Counted from the stretch's first letter, positions 20,036 through 28,831 are shown. The stretch is 64,000 nucleotides of DNA from Pseudomonadales bacterium (GCA_020632255.1 JACKFX010000002.1:82905-146904); one strand, 5' to 3'. The notes: generated by a model from the sequence alone, not told the origin. Translations and numbers: made by a program.

Positions 20036-20305
20036 ATGAAACAAAATGACATTGGAGTTGAAAAAAAACGAAAAGTCGGGTTTCTCGGTGACTCATTCGT
20101 TGTCTTAGTAAAAAACCTAAGCAAGACAGAATATGTCTGGCTTAGGCATACAAAACACTACACGGGGGGGGCTAGAGGAAACTATGGTGACAGCACCATA
20201 GATATCCACGAGCTAGCTCCGGGGGGGGAATTAACCCTGACAATAGATCAGGACGAATTCCTCCTTGCTCAGAACGAGCAAGGAGTATTATTTCAAAAAA
20301 TCTAG
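20036..20305 (+). CDS. Small hypothetical protein (89 aa) whose ORF carries two G8 homopolymer tracts
   Basis: SD AAGGAG 8 nt upstream of the ATG. G8 at 20164..20171 encodes TGGA and G8 at 20221..20228 encodes PGGE, both in frame. Between them lie the palindromes CTATGGTG-acag-CACCATAG and GAGCTAGCTC. A terminator follows. Confidence 0.5.
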   Translation: MKQNDIGVEKKRKVGFLGDSFVVLVKNLSKTEYVWLRHTKHYTGGARGNYGDSTIDIHELAPGGELTLTIDQDEFLLAQNEQGVLFQKI

Positions 20306-20345
20306 TCTCTTATTTTCCTACAATTAAAGAGCCAAGTGAAAAAAA

Positions 20346-20372
20346 GCCCCACAATATTTGTGGGGCTTTTTA
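20346..20372 (+). terminator. Rho-independent terminator
   Basis: GCCCCACA-atatt-TGTGGGGC followed by TTTT, preceded by an A-run. Confidence 0.7.
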
Positions 20373-20398
20373 CTAATTAAATCTGCTATACTCTAAGT

Positions 20399-20881
20399 GT
20401 GTCTATCTTACCAAAAAACAATTTTTTTCTACTCGTATTTTCCATTCTAATCTCTCAGTTAGCTGGAGTAATTGGTTCTTTTTTTTCTATTTCTTCTATT
20501 CCAACCTGGTACGCAACGCTCACTAAACCATTCTTCAATCCACCTAACTGGTTGTTTGGACCTGTCTGGATCACGCTCTATACGATGATGGGAATTTCGT
20601 TGTACTTAATTTGGCACACTGTCAAATCGAAAAAAAAGGATACACTGATTAAGCTCTTTCTTGGCCAGCTGGTGCTCAATGCATTGTGGTCGATTGTCTT
20701 TTTTGGAGCCAAACAACTAGGGTTAGCCATCATTGTGATTGGACTACTGTGGACGATGATTGTCTCCCTCATTAGAGGTCTCTTTCCACTCAATAGAACC
20801 GCCGCATGGCTCTTGGTCCCCTACATTGCTTGGGTGAGTTTTGCTGCCTTGCTCAATATTGCAGTCTGGTACTTAAACTAA
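20399..20881 (+). CDS. tspO: TspO/MBR family tryptophan-rich sensory protein (CrtK homologue)
   Basis: 160 aa, 5 TM. WYATLTKPFFNPPNWLFGPVWITLYTMMGISLYL matches the TspO N-terminal signature. Trp-rich. Confidence 0.8.
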   Translation: MSILPKNNFFLLVFSILISQLAGVIGSFFSISSIPTWYATLTKPFFNPPNWLFGPVWITLYTMMGISLYLIWHTVKSKKKDTLIKLFLGQLVLNALWSIVFFGAKQLGLAIIVIGLLWTMIVSLIRGLFPLNRTAAWLLVPYIAWVSFAALLNIAVWYLN

Positions 20882-20928
20882 GCATTTGCTATCAAAAAAT
20901 TCACAGATAATAACCCGCACTAGATCCT

Positions 20929-22671
20929 TTATTGTGCTGTAGCATCATCACAAAGCTTCATCACAAGAGATCGCTCTGTTTCGTCGAACTGTGTGCTGTC
21001 ATAAACTCGAAGTGCCAGCTGGTCTTGTGGCTGGTATCGGGTCAGGTGATAATATTCTTTTACTGGCTTGATGCCATTAGGAAACATTTCCCCATCAGAT
21101 GCCGCCGAAATTAGTAAGCTATTTTCTTTTTTTAACATGCAGGGAGCGACATTTGATTTGACTGTAGTAATAGTAATATTTTCAACCCTTCCTAACCCAT
21201 TTATGTTACCGTGCTCACGTGTCTCAGCTAATGACTGAATATGTACTGGATCAATTAAGTTGTACCAAGCAAAAAAGATGTAGACCTGAGTGTCTGTTTC
21301 AGACATAAACACATTGTCATAGCCATGTTGTTTTACATAAATGTCTCTGGCTGCTTCCGAATAGAATCCATGCCAATACGGCTCTGACTGCTCGGGAAAG
21401 AGCAAGTAAAAGTCACGCAGATACAGTGCGACGTTAAACACCATGCCGAAAACTATTCCCAGCCAAATTGCCCAAGAAAAAACCGGATGAAGTTTCTTAG
21501 CAATCGCCTCATACAAAAAAACGATTCCTACTACAGTAAAATAAACCAAGGCAGGAACCATAATCAGCGCACGATTTCCGTTTGGAGCTCCGTTCGTCAA
21601 GCTTGATGGAATTGGAGAAACTAATAACCATGCCAAGAAAAACCACCAGGTTGAATCTTTCTTTCCAAACATAAGTCCCAAAAATAAAAAGGGGATAAAG
21701 AAATACAACAATGAACCATGCTCATAAAATGCATAAGCCGGACTTTGATTAGAGTGTGGGAATAAAAACCCAGGACTAAAGTGGCTTAAGTATTGAGTGA
21801 AAAACAGATCAAAAATGTAAATCCCTTTATTATGAAATACTCTTATCAATGGCAACCCAGTCACCACACTTCTATAAATACCCTTCTCAACCTGAGCATG
21901 AGCAACGTCTTTATTCCAAAAAAACACTGTGCGAGCTCGATCACCAGCGGAACTCCCGAATGTTGCAACAAATATTAACAAAACTGATAATCCGCCCGCT
22001 AAAAAAACTGCAACATTTTCTTGAAAGTACCTTTTAACATTTCCTGAGTAGGTAAAAAAACACTCATGCACCACAATCAATAGTGGTACAAAAAAGCGTG
22101 AGGCATTATAGGTGTACATTGCTAACAAAAAGAAAAATATACCTATTAATCTTTTTTTATACGCATGTATTTCTTGAAAAAAAGCTAAACCAATCAACAA
22201 AAAACTCAACGAAACCATAGGGTCAAATGCGATCCGACTGTAATGCATGTGCCATGGTGTAATAGCCATTATCACCGCCGCCAAAGCACCACTAAAGCTT
22301 GTAGTGTGCTTTTTGACTATATAATAAAACGCTACAACTCCTAAAGATGCTAATAGTACTACTGGCAATCGAGCAAAAAATTCATTGACTGAGAACAGTG
22401 TAAAAAATGGAATCATTAAATAACTTAATAGAGCTGGCTTAAAATCTCCAAAGGCTTCCAAAAAAATAGGCATCGAAACCCCCCACTCATCTTTACCTGT
22501 TTTAAGAATTGAATACGCGTTGTAGGCATAAGACGCCTCATCCCACTGAAATCCCCAAGGAATATGTCCAAGCATAAAAACTCTCAAAACAAAAGCAAAC
22601 AAAAAAATCCCAGCAGGGAGGGTCAATAGATTAAACAATTTCTTAGCCATAATTCTGATAGTAACACTCAA
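20929..22671 (-). CDS. GT-C glycosyltransferase, family 39/83-like (PMT/ArnT-type). The start is probably MAKK at 22650.
   Basis: 580 aa, more than 10 TM. The N-terminal loop carries the DE motif (FQWDEASYAY) typical of PMT/ArnT GT-C enzymes. Its N-terminal 110 aa are duplicated at 28313..28792. Confidence 0.7.
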   Translation of the reverse strand: MSVTIRIMAKKLFNLLTLPAGIFLFAFVLRVFMLGHIPWGFQWDEASYAYNAYSILKTGKDEWGVSMPIFLEAFGDFKPALLSYLMIPFFTLFSVNEFFARLPVVLLASLGVVAFYYIVKKHTTSFSGALAAVIMAITPWHMHYSRIAFDPMVSLSFLLIGLAFFQEIHAYKKRLIGIFFFLLAMYTYNASRFFVPLLIVVHECFFTYSGNVKRYFQENVAVFLAGGLSVLLIFVATFGSSAGDRARTVFFWNKDVAHAQVEKGIYRSVVTGLPLIRVFHNKGIYIFDLFFTQYLSHFSPGFLFPHSNQSPAYAFYEHGSLLYFFIPFLFLGLMFGKKDSTWWFFLAWLLVSPIPSSLTNGAPNGNRALIMVPALVYFTVVGIVFLYEAIAKKLHPVFSWAIWLGIVFGMVFNVALYLRDFYLLFPEQSEPYWHGFYSEAARDIYVKQHGYDNVFMSETDTQVYIFFAWYNLIDPVHIQSLAETREHGNINGLGRVENITITTVKSNVAPCMLKKENSLLISAASDGEMFPNGIKPVKEYYHLTRYQPQDQLALRVYDSTQFDETERSLVMKLCDDATAQ

Positions 22672-22760
22672 AGCACTTTCATGTCATCAACAATACTTCA
22701 GAACGCTTGCCAAGCTGACAGAATGACTGACACTGATGTCTTTTATAGAAATGAGCTCAC

Positions 22761-24281
22761 TTAATGTGTATTCTGCTGCCACGTACCTTGTGGCGTATTG
22801 CGTCTAATTGGTGACGGATCGAGTGCCTGAAACTGAACCACATCCTCAACACTTCTGAACACCAGTGACAAAATAATATCTTCTGTCAGGTTGTGGACAT
22901 GGAAGGGAATAGTGGGAACGCCATACGGCAAGTGCCGCATGTGAGCTTTTTTAATCCCACCCTCAACAAATGATGGCATTTGGAATGGCAACATTTTGTT
23001 GTCGAGGTACTTGGTCCGAGCTGAAGCCTCTCCGCCGTATGGCTTAAAGTACTCACCGTCTTCGTCTACGTAATACAGCATACCACCAGGAGACTCAACC
23101 GTACCGCCAGCTACTGCGCGAGAGACACCAATGCCAGAAGCTCCCAAAGCAAGTGAGGTAGCAATATGATCACTCGCACCACCTTCGACAATAATCGGGA
23201 TCGAAACTTGGCCTCGTAACTCCCACAATAAAATTGGCCAGTCAATCACACTGCCACTGCGGACCCCGGTAATACAGCGACCGCCGCCGCCAATACCAAT
23301 GTAGAGGCCATCTGCACCGGCTTCCTCAATTTGTTTGGCTTGGGTGACATCGACCACTTGGCCGGCAAAGATTTCAATCTCATCGCCAAAGGCTTTGCGC
23401 AGAGCTCTGACCGTGCGCACTACTGAGAGTCCTGGCTCTGGTGAGTAGACGCGGAAGGTCCGCACACCCACTTTGTAGAGTGCCTTTCCACGTACCAAGG
23501 CTTTTTGGGGATCGGCATCGAGCACACCCATGACGTTGTGCTTCCAGTGTTCGAGTAAAAATTTCTTCTCGTAGTAGCTGCGGCCAATCAGGACTTCACT
23601 CTCCTCTAAGGCCGTAAAGACTTGTTCTGCCAAAGCAACCTGTCGGGCAATTTCATTAAACGGACCATTACGCGGCACCCCCACCAGCGAGAGACACTGC
23701 GCCATAGTAGAGATAGCATAGACACTGCCCCACGCATCTGGCATAGCCGAACCAACCAAAATTGAACGAGCATACTTACCCAACTTTACAAAGGGACCGT
23801 GATTGAACCTAAACTTACGCGAAACCCGCTCGCGCTGGGAACCAACCACGCGAATACCTAAATCTGAAATAGACAGAGCTAAATCATCGGCAATAGTTTG
23901 TTCCATAACGGCACTGGCAACTTTGCCAGGAGCCACAAACTTCTTTCGTTGAACTTTTTTGAGCGCAGCAATCCGCTCGGGATGGTTAAAGACTTCCAAA
24001 AAGTACTGACGCACCCGAAGAATGCGGATCATCTCTTTGATCGGCACCATACCGCGCTGTTTATAGTCGAGGAAATCAAACGGGGTTTTGAGCAGTCCTT
24101 GGCTGGGATACGCACTGGAGTTTTCTTGACTTTCGACGTACCAGTACTTTAAGTAGTCAGGGAGATTTTTTTCAAAAGGCGTCAACTTTTCCGTAATAAA
24201 TGCTTCCCAGAGTTCTGAGTCGCGGAATGATGAAAATGGCAGCTCTTTTATGTGCATGTATCTGTGCAAATATGGTAGCAA
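22761..24281 (-). CDS. IMPDH/GMP-reductase family TIM-barrel protein; divergent, with a non-canonical N-terminal half
   Basis: 506 aa. The C-terminal half has the IMPDH-like phosphate-binding and catalytic-loop pattern (YIGIGGGGRCITGV, IIVEGGASDHIATSLALGASGIGVS, ESPGG). The N-terminal 250 aa lack recognisable IMPDH/CBS motifs. Confidence 0.45.
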   Translation of the reverse strand: MLPYLHRYMHIKELPFSSFRDSELWEAFITEKLTPFEKNLPDYLKYWYVESQENSSAYPSQGLLKTPFDFLDYKQRGMVPIKEMIRILRVRQYFLEVFNHPERIAALKKVQRKKFVAPGKVASAVMEQTIADDLALSISDLGIRVVGSQRERVSRKFRFNHGPFVKLGKYARSILVGSAMPDAWGSVYAISTMAQCLSLVGVPRNGPFNEIARQVALAEQVFTALEESEVLIGRSYYEKKFLLEHWKHNVMGVLDADPQKALVRGKALYKVGVRTFRVYSPEPGLSVVRTVRALRKAFGDEIEIFAGQVVDVTQAKQIEEAGADGLYIGIGGGGRCITGVRSGSVIDWPILLWELRGQVSIPIIVEGGASDHIATSLALGASGIGVSRAVAGGTVESPGGMLYYVDEDGEYFKPYGGEASARTKYLDNKMLPFQMPSFVEGGIKKAHMRHLPYGVPTIPFHVHNLTEDIILSLVFRSVEDVVQFQALDPSPIRRNTPQGTWQQNTH

Positions 24282-24335
24282 ACATCTTGTGCAAAGAGCA
24301 ATGTGTAACCCTTACTGACATCTGGCAAGATCGAA

Positions 24336-24364
24336 TTCACAACCTTTGGCCCCCATGGTATAAT
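24336..24364 (+). promoter_or_regulatory. Promoter for tRNA-Glu: TTCACA, 17-nt spacer, TGgTATAAT (extended -10)
   Basis: -35 TTCACA at 24336..24341. TG at 24356..24357. -10 TATAAT at 24359..24364. The tRNA begins 22 nt downstream. Confidence 0.55.
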
Positions 24365-24385
24365 CCTCTCGTTACAGCAGCAGAC

Positions 24386-24457
24386 GGCCCCATCGTCTAT
24401 CGGCTAGGACGGCAGGTTCTCATCCTGCAAAGCGCGGTTCGATTCCGCGTGGGGTCA
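24386..24457 (+). tRNA. tRNA-Glu (anticodon CUC)
   Basis: Hand-folded cloverleaf. Acceptor GGCCCCA/TGGGGTC (one G-U pair). D-stem GTCT/GGAC with the GG in the D-loop. Anticodon stem GCAGG/CCTGC. Loop TTCTCAT with U33 and A37. 4-nt variable loop. T-stem CGCGG/CCGCG. T-loop TTCGATT. Discriminator A. CCA is not encoded. Confidence 0.8.
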
Positions 24458-24494
24458 CATACACGCATATGCACGAACATACATTGATATTCGT

Positions 24495-25565
24495 TTACAT
24501 AGCTTCCTTCATAATTTCCTCAATTTTTTGAATGAATTTTTGATTCGTTACTTCGTCTCTAATACTCACCCTAAAAAATGAGTCATCAAATCCATCAAAG
24601 TTTGAACCTATCACAACTGAGATACCTTTTTCAGATAATTTTTTTACAAACTGCTTTTCTGACAAGCTATTGGGTATTTTCGCAAATAAATTATTTGCTT
24701 CACTCGGGAAAATGGTAAATCCTATCTCTGTCAATTTATTTTGTAAAAATAATCTTTGTTTTGCAGTAACTTCCCTAGTTCTTTGGATAAATTCATCATC
24801 ATCTAATGCAACACAAGCTAACTGCTCACTAATACCACTAATCTGAAAAATAGGAGTTTCTTCTTCCAGTTTCTGAATAATGTTTTGATTTGCCACCATA
24901 AAACCAATCCTGAGTGTTGCCAAGCCAAATCCTTTTGATAAGGTTCGAAGCACAATTAGATTTTTTTGATTTCCAATCTCACCAATAACAGATTTGCCTC
25001 CGAATTCGATATTAGCCTCATCTACAACCACTAGCACATTTTTAGGTACTTGATTGATAAATTGCATAATTTTGTTTTTAGGTAAAACTGATCCAGTAGG
25101 ATTATTTGGATTACATAAAAAGATCATTTTTGTGTTGTCAGAGATGACATTTATTATTCCTTCTAAATCAACTCCCAAGTCATCTGTCATTTCTACAGAT
25201 AAAACATTCAACCCTGCTAATTCAGAACAAACTGCAAACATTGGAAATGTTAGCTTTGGAATAATAACCTCATCACCAACTGTGCAAAAAACTTTTGGCA
25301 AATCATTGATGATCGATTCAGATCCATTTGCAACAAAAAAATTATCTATGTTTAGCAAAAACTTTTCTGAAAGTTTTTTTCGCAGTTTTTTACCATTTGG
25401 TGATGGGTAATCATTGAAATCCACCCGCATCTGTTTTAGAGCACTAGAAACCATAGGAGAACATCCTAATGGATTCTCGCTCAAAGACACATCTATTGGT
25501 CTTTTTTCAGTTAGAGCATAAAGTTTTTTCATCGCTCTTGGCAGATTTAGTATATTTTTTTTCAT
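24495..25565 (-). CDS. PLP-dependent aminotransferase class I/II, histidinol-phosphate aminotransferase-like
   Basis: HisC-like motifs NPNNPTG, VVVDEAN and LRTLSKGFGLATLRIG. The track start is a GTG at 25583. The ATG at 25565 has an AAGGA SD. Confidence 0.7.
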   Translation of the reverse strand: MKKNILNLPRAMKKLYALTEKRPIDVSLSENPLGCSPMVSSALKQMRVDFNDYPSPNGKKLRKKLSEKFLLNIDNFFVANGSESIINDLPKVFCTVGDEVIIPKLTFPMFAVCSELAGLNVLSVEMTDDLGVDLEGIINVISDNTKMIFLCNPNNPTGSVLPKNKIMQFINQVPKNVLVVVDEANIEFGGKSVIGEIGNQKNLIVLRTLSKGFGLATLRIGFMVANQNIIQKLEEETPIFQISGISEQLACVALDDDEFIQRTREVTAKQRLFLQNKLTEIGFTIFPSEANNLFAKIPNSLSEKQFVKKLSEKGISVVIGSNFDGFDDSFFRVSIRDEVTNQKFIQKIEEIMKEAM

Positions 25566-25591
25566 TTTTTCCTTTCCACGCACAAAAAAAC

Positions 25592-25618
25592 CTCCATTTA
25601 GGAGGTTTGTGACATTGT
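25592..25618 (-). terminator. Hairpin plus U7 (CCUCC-uaaau-GGAGG UUUUUUU on the minus strand) just upstream of the aminotransferase start
   Basis: Perfect 5-bp GC stem followed by a T7 run on the minus strand. It insulates the aminotransferase gene from the ORF-free region to its right. Confidence 0.45.
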
Positions 25619-26031
25619 GTTAAATTATTATGAAATTATTGCATCAGAAACACACACCTCCCAATTGGGGCGTAATACCAAGCGTTATGGTGTGCATTAT
25701 TTGATAACAACATTGGTGGTATTATATCTCAAGTAGGTTTATTTGTCTGTATTGAGTTCAATACCCTATGGAGATGTAATAAAACCGAGAGCTTTTACAT
25801 CTGCATAAAAAATGAGATGTTTTTGAGTGGCTGTTGTCGAATCTCATCTTTGTAGGAACCGATTATGAAATTTCCATCTACCAAGCAAAAAACGGCACCG
25901 TTTTTCTTTTTGACGATGAGTTTAATCTCCTAAAGATTCACAGAGACTATGTGCCATCAGAACTTGAAGACTCAATTCAGTAGTCATCTGTTCTTGCCCA
26001 ACCAGTTTGAATCTTAGTGTACAATGCCCTC

Positions 26032-26807
26032 ATGCACACTTCTCCATTCCTCACCACCGGCCTCAAAGCCGTCCATGCCGCTGAGACTATCACATCGTCG
26101 AGTATTTTCAAAATCCCAACCTGACTACTACTCAAAAAGATGATGGCTCTCCCGTAACAGTAGCCGACAAAAATGCAGAGGAAATAATTCGTGACATTAT
26201 TTCAAAAGCATATCCGGAGCATGGATTCGTGGGTGAAGAATATGGCAGTGATAGCAACCGCAAAGAATATACCTGGGTCATCGACCCCATTGACGGTACC
26301 AAAAACTACTCGCGCGGCATTCCACACTTTGCCACCGAATTGGCGTTATTCGAGGGTGACGAGCTGATCTTAGGAATTTCAAACGCACCACTGCTCAAAA
26401 AGCGAGTTACTGCAGAAAAAAACAAGGGAGCATTTTTGAACGAAACCACACAAATACATGTCAGCACAATTTCAAATTTGGCTAACGCGTACATCAGCGT
26501 GGGCAGCATCAGATACTTCGATTCTCGGGGCAAGTTAGAAACACTTTCACAGCTGAACAAAGACATTGCTGGCCTCAAAGGTTTTGGCGACACCTGGAGC
26601 TATCACTTCCTGGCAGAAGGCAAACTTGATGCTATCATCGAAGCCAAAACAAACCTCTGGGACTTTGCTGCCACAGCAGCCATAGTTACGGAAGCTGGTG
26701 GAAACGTGACTGACTTTAATGGTGAACCAATTTCGTTTTCTACCGAAACATTGATTGCATCAAATGGACTGCTCCATGATTCCTTAGTACAGCGATTTCA
26801 TAAATAA
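26032..26807 (+). pseudogene. Inositol monophosphatase family (SuhB/HisN-like) gene interrupted by a frameshift near 26105..26124
   Basis: Frame A from ATG 26032 gives MHTSPFLTTGLKAVHAAETITSSSIFKIPT* (IMPase N-terminus). The frame at -1 relative to it, open from 26085, gives NLTTTQKDDGSPVTVADKNAEEIIRDIISKAYPEHGFVGEEYG...WVIDPIDGTKNY... and runs to 26807 (track ORF 26229..26807). The two halves align to contiguous parts of SuhB. Confidence 0.6.
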
Positions 26808-27040
26808 AATCACATTAAAAAAGTAGAACTATTCATCACCATCCTCTAGACATAACTCGGAAAGTTCCAGCCACTCTGCTGCACTCAACTAATTTTTCTT
26901 GCAAAAAATCAAACAAGGACTATAATCTGCTCCAATTTACAAAAAAATATGTAGCCTCTGTAAGATGCACATCTTACCACCAATAATGTATTATACTGTG
27001 CATACATAGCAACTACATACCAAGAAAGTGGATTACTACT

Positions 27041-27571
27041 ATGTATAACGATATTAAACCGTTAATCAGACACATAGAAGACTTTCCCAAAAAAGGGGTT
27101 ACTTTTAGAGATTTAGCCCCAGTCTACGCAAATAAAGAATCTCTGAAAAATACTGTTAATGCACTAGCTCAAGAATTCTTAAAGTGGAATACACCAATTG
27201 ACTACGTCGCCTCACTCGAATCTCAAGGCTTTGTCGTTGGTGGAGCATTAGCACACACTCTTGGTGCAGGGTTCATCCAAATAAGAAAAAAAGATGAGCT
27301 TCCTGGGAATGTAGAGCAAGTTAGTTTTGAAATGCAGTATGCAACATCTACACTTGAAATTCAAACAGGTATCTTCCCAGAAGGGAAAAATGTCCTTCTC
27401 TATGATGATACGCTTGTGACTGGAAACACAGCAACTCATGCTGCGTATCTCATAGAAAAAATTGGTCTGCACGTTATTGGTTTTTCGTTTATTATGCATC
27501 TGACAGGGATGTGTAATCCAGAAAAAATGCTTAAAAAACCATGTACAATTTTATATGCAGAACCTGTATAA
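27041..27571 (+). CDS. apt: Adenine phosphoribosyltransferase
   Basis: 176 aa. DFPKKGVTFRDL, VGGALAHTLGAGFIQIRKK, and the PRPP-binding loop LLYDDTLVTGNTA. Confidence 0.8.
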   Translation: MYNDIKPLIRHIEDFPKKGVTFRDLAPVYANKESLKNTVNALAQEFLKWNTPIDYVASLESQGFVVGGALAHTLGAGFIQIRKKDELPGNVEQVSFEMQYATSTLEIQTGIFPEGKNVLLYDDTLVTGNTATHAAYLIEKIGLHVIGFSFIMHLTGMCNPEKMLKKPCTILYAEPV

Positions 27572-27573
27572 AA

Positions 27574-28230
27574 ATGAAAAATCACGAACTCGAACCCCAA
27601 CCTACCAAAGAAGTCCCTAAAAAAATACGAGACAGAATGTGGCTGACCAAAAATGGTTTATCACTCCCAACTGTTGTCGTAGAACCTCAAGGATTACTGT
27701 ATACCGATTTAGCCGAAGCGTATCGTTGCATGAATGAGGAAATCACAACCTATGATTTACCACAGCATGATGGGCTTGTTGTACGTAGTGTTGTCCCATT
27801 TTCTCTAAAATGGGCGACTAAAATGACCTGCCTTCAATGGAAGACACAAGAAACTTGGCCATCACGTACGCGTGAGTACATAACGACAACTGATCCTACT
27901 TCTTGGTATATGATTCATCTTGACGATGCTTCTCTCCAACAGAGGTGCCTTCATGCCAGAATCGGAATGGATACAAAAAATGGTCATTATTTCGTCACTT
28001 GTGATCGGGGATCAGATCATGCCAGAATCTTAGACAATAAGCAACAAGATTCATATCTGGATTTCTCACTGTACAAAATTGCCTATTTTTTAAAAAGCAG
28101 ATATCCTATCCTTCAAACAGAGAAGGTTATTGAGCTTACCGATTTTTTGGCAATTCAGTTTCCCCAATCAAATCAGTATGAACTACGAATCTATCCCAAC
28201 GGAAAAATATTTGTGTTAGGAGTTGATTAA
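27574..28230 (+). CDS. Hypothetical protein
   Basis: 218 aa from MKNHELEP, starting 2 nt after the apt stop. Cys/Trp-containing globular protein. No family recognised. Confidence 0.4.
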   Translation: MKNHELEPQPTKEVPKKIRDRMWLTKNGLSLPTVVVEPQGLLYTDLAEAYRCMNEEITTYDLPQHDGLVVRSVVPFSLKWATKMTCLQWKTQETWPSRTREYITTTDPTSWYMIHLDDASLQQRCLHARIGMDTKNGHYFVTCDRGSDHARILDNKQQDSYLDFSLYKIAYFLKSRYPILQTEKVIELTDFLAIQFPQSNQYELRIYPNGKIFVLGVD

Positions 28231-28312
28231 GACACAGGGCAAGAAAAACTTTTGCTGTTGTCGCTTGAAAACTCAGAAGAGTGATTGAGCGCCCCTTCTT
28301 CCTCTCGATCCT

Positions 28313-28792
28313 CTACAAACTTACCTCGTACCTATTTCTCCAAGTAATTGAATTGACCTGAAGTCTGGATCTTCCAAAGCAAGCACTGTGTGAAGCAGTG
28401 TTGACTTTCCCAAACCCCAAGGGTCCAAAAAAAGAAGTATGTTTTTTTACGATGTAGTAAAAAGCTATTATTCCAGCACTGGCTAACAGTGCAACCGGAA
28501 GACGAGCATAGAACTCATTAACTGTAAAAAAGCTAAAAAATGGAATCATCAAATAGCTCAGCAGTGCTGGCTTAAAGTCCCCAAATGCTTCAAGGAATAC
28601 TGGGAACGATACACCCCATTCATCTTTACCTGTCTTAAGAATTGAGTATACATTGTATGCATACGATGCCTCATCCCACTGAAATCCCCAAGGTATTCTA
28701 TCAAGAAAAAAAATACGTAGGGCAAGAGCGAACAAAAATAGTACCACGGGAATACTAGTAATAAGGAGCTCATTCTTTTTCATATAGCCCAT
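28313..28792 (-). pseudogene. Truncated paralogue (N-terminal about 110 aa) of the GT39-like glycosyltransferase at 20929..22671
   Basis: The protein segment FLDRIPWGFQWDEASYAYNVYSILKTGKDEWGVSFPVFLEAFGDFKPALLSYLMIPFF matches 22671-gene residues FMLGHIPWGFQWDEASYAYNAYSILKTGKDEWGVSMPIFLEAFGDFKPALLSYLMIPFF. Nucleotide identity is about 80% over roughly 250 bp. Similarity ends after KKHT and the ORF finishes in unrelated sequence. Confidence 0.65.
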
Positions 28793-28831
28793 AGCACCAC
28801 TTGAGGTATCTCACTGTTAGTCCCAGTGAGA

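Noticed and set aside
24200-24487. 95-aa track ORF on the + strand
   Set aside because: It overlaps the promoter and the whole of tRNA-Glu (24386..24457). The sequence is fully explained by the tRNA gene.
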